DNA of 64,000 bases from Gekko japonicus (lineage: Eukaryota), in contig NW_015169220.1 of the NCBI RefSeq assembly GCF_001447785.1, positions 124,001-188,000 of the forward strand, read 5' to 3'. The position numbers were made by a program, and so were the translations under genes. Below are positions 57,201 to 64,000 of the stretch, one piece after another (the stretch's first letter is position 1; each line of letters begins with the position of its first letter). The notes below the pieces were generated by a model. That model saw nothing but the letters and a program-made list of their open reading frames with translations, had not been told where the DNA came from and did not search any database.

Positions 57201-60200
57201 TGGCATTGCATTTTAATCCCAGTTGCACTATGGGCTCTAGCTCAGTCATATATTTAGTTCTTACAAGTAGGTAGGACAGACTAATGTCTCCAATTGTGTT
57301 GCTATGTCTCACATAAAAGCCATCTTTCTTATAATCTTGCCCATAGATTTGTAAGGAAAATGAGATGCCAAGATAAGCAGGATCTGCCCTGGTTAGTACT
57401 TGGATGGGAGCCCACCAAGAAGTCCAGGGTTGCTATGCAGAGACAGGCAATGATAAACCATCTCTTTCATCTCTTTCCTTGAAAACCTTACAGGACCGCT
57501 ATAAGTCAGCAGTCACTTCAGGCCCGTAGCCAGGATTTTGTAAATTGGGGGCCATTAAATAAGTTTAAATAAATTTTAAAACTCACTTTGAGGCATTCAC
57601 ACTCTGCCTTCCTACCAAGTCAGCCTGTGCGCCCGCTTGCAACCCCAAACCCAACGACCTGGCTGCATCAATTCCCCGGGGCACACACCTCCTCCTCTGC
57701 CAGCACTCGGTGCTCCACTGAGGTGCCCCAGTCCAGATCATGCTGCAAACCTGCCTCTGTGTGCCATTGCAAGTTCCTGCACCGCACCGGGCACAGCAGG
57801 GGGGCGCCAGGTGAGGCCCGCTGGCCCCACCTCACCTGCCGGCCAGCCCAGCTACCTCATGCCATGCCGCCACCAGTTCAGGGTAGAGTTGGCAGGGCTG
57901 GTGCTACGCTTGGGGAAGGGGCAGCAGGGGAAGCAAGCCGTGCTTGGGAAATGGGCAGCGGTGGCGGGGGTGGGAAAGGGGCAGCGGGCAGTGGGGAAAC
58001 AAGCCACACCTGGGGAATGGGCAGCGGTGAGGAGTCCTCCAGGCGGTCCAGAGAGTCAGGGGGCCTGGGGGCTACATGAAAGTGGTGGGGCCTTCGTAGG
58101 AAGTGGGGGGCCTGGGCTCCAAAATGCACCACTGTAGCTACAGGCCTGAGTCTCTTTACGACACTTTCAACCACCAGAAGATCAAACATCTTGTTCTTCA
58201 AAAGGGTCTAAAGTTCCTGCAGGCCAAGCTAGGTTTCTAGCATTACATTATTTTCTTGGGATTAGTGTAGATGTTTAATGTAGATGTGTACATGTTGTGG
58301 AGTATGTGTATATGTGTACTGGGAAAATACAACTAGAAAGATTTGATTCTTCTGTCTCTTGAAATTGTTTTCTTTTGTTTTTCTGTCTCTTGAAATTGGC
58401 TCCTTAGTGCCAGCATCTGTGCATCACTAGAAAATCTTTCTTGTCTCCTGAAATAAGGCTTTGAAGTAACATTCAAGTTTCTGCAAGAGTCTAGAACTAT
58501 CATGCTCAAAGTTATTGTATTTTTAAAAAATTAATATGGTGAAACATGGCCTCATAAAGCCAAGATTTTTAGATAGCTGTATTTCATTGGTATGTGTTAG
58601 GGCTTCTATATGCCAGTAACTTCTTAAAGGAGGTGTTTCTTATGAAATCTAACAATGATTTCTTCTAGATCCTGGGAATTTATCAGTCAAAATGTAAAAA
58701 AGAAAGGATCATTACTGGTCACAGTTCCAAGTCTTGAGGAATCTTTATCAAATCTTCAGGTGAGTAGCTGCATTTGAAATCTTATCGATCTCTGTCTTTT
58801 GATGTAAAAAGCTATTTTCATCTAGGTGAAATTCTAAGGATTTTATTGGTGATCAGTGACTTGCTTCTGTCTTCAAGGAAGCATTGTGGTCTTAGTCTTG
58901 CACCCAACAAATGAGAATCTGCTTTCATTACCCTAATCTCAGCTTGATCACTAGTCTTTAGGTAACAAAGAAGTCTGTGGCACTTTAAAAACTACTGCAT
59001 TATTATGGCATAAACTTTCATGGACTAGGCTTCACTTCAACAGGTACATGATTATAGAGAGAAAAATTAATAGGGAGAGACCAAAAAAACATCAAATCTG
59101 AGAGGTCCAGGAAGTCTGTGACATTTCTACTCTGGTCACAACAGCAGTAATTAGCAATGATAAACTAATTTGACACCTGTACTGAAAAACCCATAGTCCC
59201 ATTTAAGAGCCAAATTACTAGAATCAAATTTACTGTTATATTCTGCTCCAATAGTTTCATACCAGGTGTTCCCTCTAAAGTCCTCTTATCAAAGCATGAG
59301 GACTTTGGGGTCATTAGAGTGTTCTGAGACACTGAAAAAAGGCTTCAGGTGGCTTTGCAACATTTTCTGTCAAATTTGTAGCGGATTACCTTGCTTCACT
59401 TTAATTCCTGTTTCAGTTTCTATTGCTTTCAGCATATCTTGCCTTTAATTTAAAATATTTTTATATTTTTATCCTACTTTTTCACCCAACAGCTACAGGT
59501 GGCTAACAATAAACAATAACAAAGCCAAAGGTCCAGCAGTGAGAATAAACAATTAACCATTCAAGCGGCATTATTTTTACTGTGGGCCGAAAAGGCCAGC
59601 AAACAGTACACAGAGGCCAAGACACCCCTATTTTGCTTCCTAATACTGGCTTTTATTTACCATGGCTGGTAGCCATCGATGGACTCTCCTCCGTGACTCT
59701 AATTGCCTTTTAAAGCTGTCTGTTCTTGTTGCTGCCCTGACCTGGACAGCCTGAACTCAGAAGGTAAGCGGGGTCAGCCGTAGTTAGTGTTTGGGTGGGA
59801 GACCACCCAGGGAATCCAGGGTTATGATACAGAGAGAGGCAACAGCAAACCACCTCTGAATGTCTCTTGCCTTGAAAACCCCATCAGGGGTCACCATAAG
59901 TCAGCTGTGATTTGACAGCAAAATAATAATAAAAATAATCTCCATCTTGGAGTTCGCCTCTTTACTGCTGCGGCACATTGAGCTATCTGCTGCACCTCCA
60001 GGATCTCATTTCCTCTCAGTGTCTGCCAGTCAAGAGCCCATCGGCATATATTTATATTTAGTTCCAGTGAACATCACTTTATACTTACACTGTACTTTAT
60101 TTGCCATATTGTCATATACTTATCCAGTTTGGAGAGATCCCCCTGTAGCTTTTCTGCTCCCAGTAGAAATCTATCTCAGTTCCCTAAAAGAAAGATGGCA

Positions 60201-62908
60201 GCTGAAACATGGCCTTGTTGAGTGATTTTAAAGCCATGAGAAATTCCTACGTGAGAAAGGTCTCCATGAGAACTGGGCCCAAGTTATGTAGAACTTTAAT
60301 ACTCTAAACAAGCACTCTGAACTAGACATAAAAACAAACTGTGCTGCTGTTCTAGAACAGACATAATATGTTCACATCAATCTATACCTATCAGAGAGGT
60401 AACAGTATTTCTTAACCGTTAAATCCTTCATTCTCCAAGAAGGTGGTCTGGAAAGTGCTAGGAAGTCACAGCCGACATATGGCAACCCTGTAGGGTTTTC
60501 AAGGCAAGGGACAAACAGAGGTGGTTTGCTATGGCTGGCCTCTGCGTGGCAGCCGTGGACTTTGGTGGTCTCCCATCCAAGTACTACCCATGGGTGATGC
60601 TGGTTAGCTTCCAAGATCTGATGAGATCAGGCTAGCGGACCATCTAGATGAGGGCATTTCATATACACTTTATTTTAAATGTTGTTTTAATGTCTTAAAT
60701 ATGATGACATTGAAATGTTTGATGTTTGCCACTGTGGGGGACCTTATATGGGTGGAAAGTTGGCATAGAAATATTTTAAGATAAATAAATTTTGTGCAGA
60801 TTGTGATTACCTGTAGTGTCCTGACAGTTGCTGTGAAGGTTAGCTTTCTAAAACTCCTCTTCTAGTTATTGTTCTGGAAAATAGTGGGGGGGGGGGACAT
60901 ACAAGTTGTTCGTTCCGTGACCTTAAGGAATAACTAAAATGAGGCTAAATTGAGCTAAAGTAAGCTTACCAGAAAGCAGAAGGACAGGTAGTTATTTTGA
61001 TACTTCTCAATGGAATGGTATAGTAAACAATTACATCTGGAACAATCTAAAAATCTTAATCTAATGATAGTAAAACTAATATATTTGCAACCAGCAGTAA
61101 ACCAGGCCTTAGGATCTTTAACAACTATAAAACAGTCTGAGGATAATCCAAGGGTGAAGGGTAAATAGTCAGTATTTACTATTTTTAGGATTAATAAAGT
61201 ATTTGCATCTGCAGCTTGTACTCTTCAAAAAGAAAAGTCTTCTGCCATTTAAGGAGGGGGTAGGTTGCATTTGGAACTGCGGTGGCTCAAGTGGTTAAGA
61301 CACTGAACTGCAGGCTGTGGAAGGTCGGTAGTTCAGCAGTTCGAGACCCGAGTGTGCTGCATGACGGAGTGAGCTCCTGTCTCTAGTTCCAGCTCCTGCC
61401 AACCTAGCAGTTCGAAAGCAAGAAATTGCAAGTAGATAAATAGGTACCACTTCGGTGGGAAGGTAACAGCGTTCCATGCGCCTTGGTGTTTAGTCATGCC
61501 GGCCACATGACCACGGAAACATCTTCGGACAGCGCTGGCTCTTTGGCTTTGAAACGGAGACGAGCACCGCAACCCTAGAGTTGGATTCGACTGGCTTTCG
61601 AGCAAGGGAACCTTTACCTTTAGGTTGCATTTGCTTATTGCAAACCTGAATTTGGGTATTCCAGTTTTCTCCTTTCTTGCTTTCTCCTCTGAGCTGGCAT
61701 TTTTACAACTCTTGCATTTTTACCTGTTGGGACATGTGGAACATATTTCATTTACAGATACCTCTGACTACAACCAGCTTATTTAGTGATGATGATAACT
61801 TTGGCAGAGTTAGTAAAAACATTTCTTCCAGGTGTGCCGAAGGAGTAATAGCTACACTGCAGTCCTCTGACCTACTAGAATCCGTGGTCTTGGAGTAACT
61901 TTGCATAGGATCACAATTACTCCACACTAGGAGATATAAGATCCATGGAATAACACTCCAAATAATTGCATAAAATAACTAAGTAAGATGCAAAAAACAA
62001 AGGCTTTGTTCTCTTTAGTCAACAATATTGAAATGGATATCTCTGTCAGATCAGGCAACCCTGTGAAGGGGCCCATATGATAGTGATCCTTAAAAGCAAG
62101 AGGTGTTATTCAGTTATAATTAGTAGCTGTGATTACATATGAGGGATGGGGAATTTATACAGTTTCTAGCAAATGGTATCTACATAAAATGACCAGTGAC
62201 ACTAGTCCTAATTTGCTTTGTAGACTCTTGCCACATTGTTAAAGCAGTTCTTTGGCAATGGAAAGTTGGGGGGAAAGCTAAGTAGTGGTAGAAGAAAAAA
62301 TATTTTTAAGAAGTCTGGCAAAAACAATTCACCCAGTTGCATAATTTTGTAAAAAAGAGAAATCAATATCAGGAAGGCCTATCATTCAGTTGGAGGGCAC
62401 ATATTTTTGCAAGCGGAAAATCCCACATCCCTCTGGCATCTCCATTCTAAGGTGGTCAGCTGACAGACTGAGTGGGTGCAGGGACCCGATTTCTTGGTGA
62501 GCTATTTGGTTGAGCTAGATGGGCCAGTACTCAGATCTTGCAGCTTTGCGTGGTTGTGTGTGCAGTTCCATGGCTGAGTGCCACCATGGATGCAGTTGCA
62601 AATCCTCACCAAGATGTTCAAGCAGCCTTGCATATTTTGCTGACTTTTGCCTTTAACAGTTCCATCATGCAACTTACTATTAGATTTGATTTCCTTTGTA
62701 ACATACCTTCTTCATTACTGCACAGTGCTGTATATTCACAGGAGCAGATTCACTTACGGAAGGTTTAATTTCATATTGTAATTTTTTTCAGGTGGACATT
62801 CAGCTCAGCCAGTGGGTGGAAGCAATGCCATTACTCTATGATGTATTCTTGGAGGAAGATGCTGATAGAGAAGCACTTAAACAAATTTACTTGTATAAGA
62901 TTCTATAA
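39138..62908 (+). CDS. Uncharacterised class I SAM-dependent methyltransferase, 8 exons, 301 aa (probable orthologue of mouse 2700097O09Rik)
   Basis: Exons of 97,122,139,122,111,107,91,117 nt join in frame through GT-AG introns to 906 nt without internal stops; motif I VVVDVGSRLG, post-I IYGVE, motif II VLNADI, ADAVVMNNVF; orthology is from recalled synteny only. Confidence 0.9.
39680..40820 (-). mobile_element. Decayed CR1 fragments (3' tail and endonuclease region)
   Basis: gaacataag tail at ~39680; IMGDFNY on the - strand at ~39950-39970. Confidence 0.55.
40125..40356 (+). mobile_element. Internal L1 endonuclease fragment with an 18-bp TSD
   Basis: YTFYSGRHRSWSRID...ADHNP...WKLN; flanked by TAGATGCCTCAACAGAAT at 40107-40124 and 40357-40374. 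Confidence 0.85.
41402..41750 (-). mobile_element. Sauria SINE (Squam1), full length
   Basis: (ACCTTT)n tail, tRNA-like head, 13-bp TSD TAAAAGTGGGGTA. Confidence 0.92.
42881..44984. mobile_element. Composite region bounded by two outward-facing Helitron-like 3' ends
   Basis: Hairpin-N6-CTGA|T on - at ~42881-42910; hairpin-N6-CTTG|T on + at 44956-44985; CT/GA-rich tracts; internal palindromes. Confidence 0.45.
43664..43926 (+). mobile_element. tRNA-derived SINE (Squam3-like)
   Basis: gagagccagcttggtgtagtggttagg head; same body as 18155-18430. Confidence 0.8.
47281..47402 (+). CDS. Methyltransferase exon 2
   Basis: ttttatag acceptor; NDFDEFRSTNDDVLLRSIAEDLRHFLPTDGMLASEHFAIQK; donor gtaagt. 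Confidence 0.9.
47872..48460 (-). mobile_element. CR1 reverse transcriptase fragment
   Basis: DIVYLDFQKAFDKVPH, SGVP.G.VLG.VLFNLFINDL, KFVDDTKL, MRFN.GKCKVMH. Confidence 0.9.
48737..49833 (-). mobile_element. Possible solo LTR
   Basis: TG...CA ends; on the - strand a TATA-like GATAAAAAG (~49190-49199) then AGTAAA (~48891-48896); no TSD found. Confidence 0.35.
50379..50517 (+). CDS. Methyltransferase exon 3 (CxxC)
   Basis: LYQQTKPTVHIDAFLYDDEIIDSLCEEGKMSRNYCLTCGSHQTAPL; AG/GT boundaries. Confidence 0.9.
51398..52557 (+). mobile_element. 5'-truncated L2-type LINE, same family as 29300-32365; spans an N gap
   Basis: GVPQGAVLSPMLFNIYM, HQYADDTQLY, FRRACKTELFHQAF*, (TAAA)n tail. Confidence 0.9.
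51931..52191. other. Assembly gap
   Basis: Run of N. Confidence 1.
52600..53160 (+). mobile_element. CpG-rich putative solo LTR (Gypsy-like)
   Basis: Starts TGTAGT, GC boxes, TATTAA ~52823, AATAAA ~53080 and ~53098, ends ...GGGGGCA; TSD not clean. Confidence 0.5.
53396..53431. other. Assembly gap
   Basis: Run of N just upstream of the exon 4 acceptor. Confidence 1.
53442..53563 (+). CDS. Methyltransferase exon 4 (SAM-binding motif I)
   Basis: EFISHSFSLMELKFLYYHVLPDLTGKVVVDVGSRLGAVLFG; acceptor lies just after an N gap. Confidence 0.9.
55253..55363 (+). CDS. Methyltransferase exon 5
   Basis: GYFYSSASQIYGVEMNADFCHMQEVIVTKYQLDERIK; absent from the ORF track. Confidence 0.9.
56112..56218 (+). 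CDS. Methyltransferase exon 6
   Basis: VLNADIRTQASLLQNADAVVMNNVFEYFLDKEEQA. Confidence 0.9.
57370..57518 (+). mobile_element. 5S rRNA-derived SINE; tail interrupted by a hAT element
   Basis: CCTGGTTAGTACTTGGATGGGAG as in vertebrate 5S rRNA. Confidence 0.8.
57519..58148. mobile_element. GC-rich non-autonomous hAT element
   Basis: TIR CAGGCCCGTAGC / GCTACAGGCCTG; TSD AGTCACTT / AGTCTCTT (7 of 8). Confidence 0.82.
58669..58759 (+). CDS. Methyltransferase exon 7
   Basis: SWEFISQNVKKKGSLLVTVPSLEESLSNLQ; donor gtgagt. Confidence 0.88.
58960..59320 (-). mobile_element. Decayed Penelope-like element 3' end
   Basis: - strand CTGTTGAagtga...tccatGAAAGTTTA hammerhead-like remnant plus the typical tail; upstream resembles a degenerate GIY-YIG C-terminus. 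Confidence 0.5.
59734..59925 (+). mobile_element. 5S rRNA-derived SINE
   Basis: gccctgacctgga head, 5S-like body, shared tail. Confidence 0.78.
60452..60656 (-). mobile_element. 5S rRNA-derived SINE
   Basis: ggtctcccatccaagtacta and ttagcttccaagatctgatgagatc = reverse complement of 5S internal sequence. Confidence 0.78.
61274..61620 (+). mobile_element. Sauria SINE (Squam1), full length
   Basis: 13-bp TSD TAGGTTGCATTTG (61261-61273, 61621-61633); ACCTTTACCTT tail. Confidence 0.92.
62792..62908 (+). CDS. Methyltransferase exon 8 (last coding exon)
   Basis: tttttttcag acceptor; VDIQLSQWVEAMPLLYDVFLEEDADREALKQIYLYKIL then TAA. Confidence 0.85.
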   Translation: MDIQLSQWVEAMPLLYDVFLEEDADREALKQIYLYKIL

Positions 62909-64000
62909 TATACTTATTCAGTCTGTAGAATTGTGGTTCATACCGTAGTCTTTTCTTTCTTTTTTAATGGCAGCGTGTGGAGCCTGCAGCTCTTTCTGGG
63001 AGATAAAATGAAAAGGCAGAGAAGTGATACACACTCCTGGTTATGTTGAAGAAAATCTGTGTGGTTCCTTTTAATGAGAAGTCCATACTCAAAGAATAAG
63101 AAATGCTGCCGTGCTCTGCTATTTTTCTACAGATTTTGTCTTTTCTATTCTTAGGTGCTGAATACGACAGTGTTTAGTTTTTATGTGTTTTTATGTCTGC
63201 TGCTGTTTTATGTCTACTTGCTTTTTATATACATTTTTATATATTTTTGTTACCAAATTGTGTTAACCTTTTTTGTAAGCCACCTTGATAGTATCCCTGC
63301 AAGGTAGTCTATACATTTTAAAATAAATATATCTAAAATATGCATCTGCCTTTTTGACAAGAATGTTCCCCTTTCCCTGGCTGTTCAGACTGCTCCATGC
63401 ATCTAGTAGAACAGACGGCTTTCCAGGGACCTGCACTAACTATCCCGTTCCTGAGCTGACAGCAACTTTGCTGTTGAGGGGCTGTAGCGTGTCAGGCTGA
63501 AGAGGATAGAAATAATCCCTTAAAGGGGACCTCTTCCTGGCACCAAGCCAATAGCCTCTTATTCCAAGGATATTTCTCTGGGATTTGGGGGGTGGGTACT
63601 ATGAAAGGATAAAATGCTCCTGGAGTAACATACACAAATCTCTGTGGATTACCAATAAAATCCTAAAATTCCATTCCAGGAAGGGAGAGACAAGTTTATG
63701 GTGATCTGTGAGTTAACCAAAGGAAACAACACAACTTCCATGTTGCCGTTTGGTCAAGCTATCAAAGGAGCCAAAAAGGATCAGTTTTAAATTCCCTGCT
63801 TCTCCTTCAGTGGGGGAAGGCATCCATAGTGGTTAGGTCACGCCTCCACTCACTCCAGGCAGGGCTAAGCAAGTTTTTGTATGTCTTCCTTGGTCCCAGT
63901 GAGGGCACCCTTCCAGTTTGAATAGCCCTGCTGCTCCAAAAGGAAGCTAGAGCCAGGCTCTCACTTAAAGCTACTACAAAACTAAAGAAAAAAACCCAGA

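Overview
Eukaryotic, intron-rich genomic DNA from a squamate reptile (repeat content points to a lizard, probably a gecko). Three spliced protein-coding genes can be reconstructed by hand. (1) The first two coding exons of FAM177A1 (- strand, continuing off the left edge). (2) A complete SRP54 (- strand, 15 coding exons, 1515 nt = 504 aa + stop, all GT-AG, plus a non-coding exon 1 near 38.0-38.2 kb). (3) Head-to-head with SRP54, a complete 8-exon, 301-aa uncharacterised class I SAM-dependent methyltransferase (+ strand, 39138-62908) with DOT1-like motif spacing and a CxxC; from recalled synteny it is probably the orthologue of mouse 2700097O09Rik. The introns contain L2-, CR1- and L1-type LINE remnants, Sauria and Squam3-like SINEs, a 5S-rRNA-headed SINE, hAT MITEs with 8-bp TSDs, Penelope-derived palindromes with decayed hammerhead cores, Helitron-like termini, LTR-like segments, and a TSD-bounded ORF1-only (HAL1-like) L1 element. 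There are two assembly gaps (51931-52191, 53396-53431). Most short ORFs in the track are repeat-derived or spurious.
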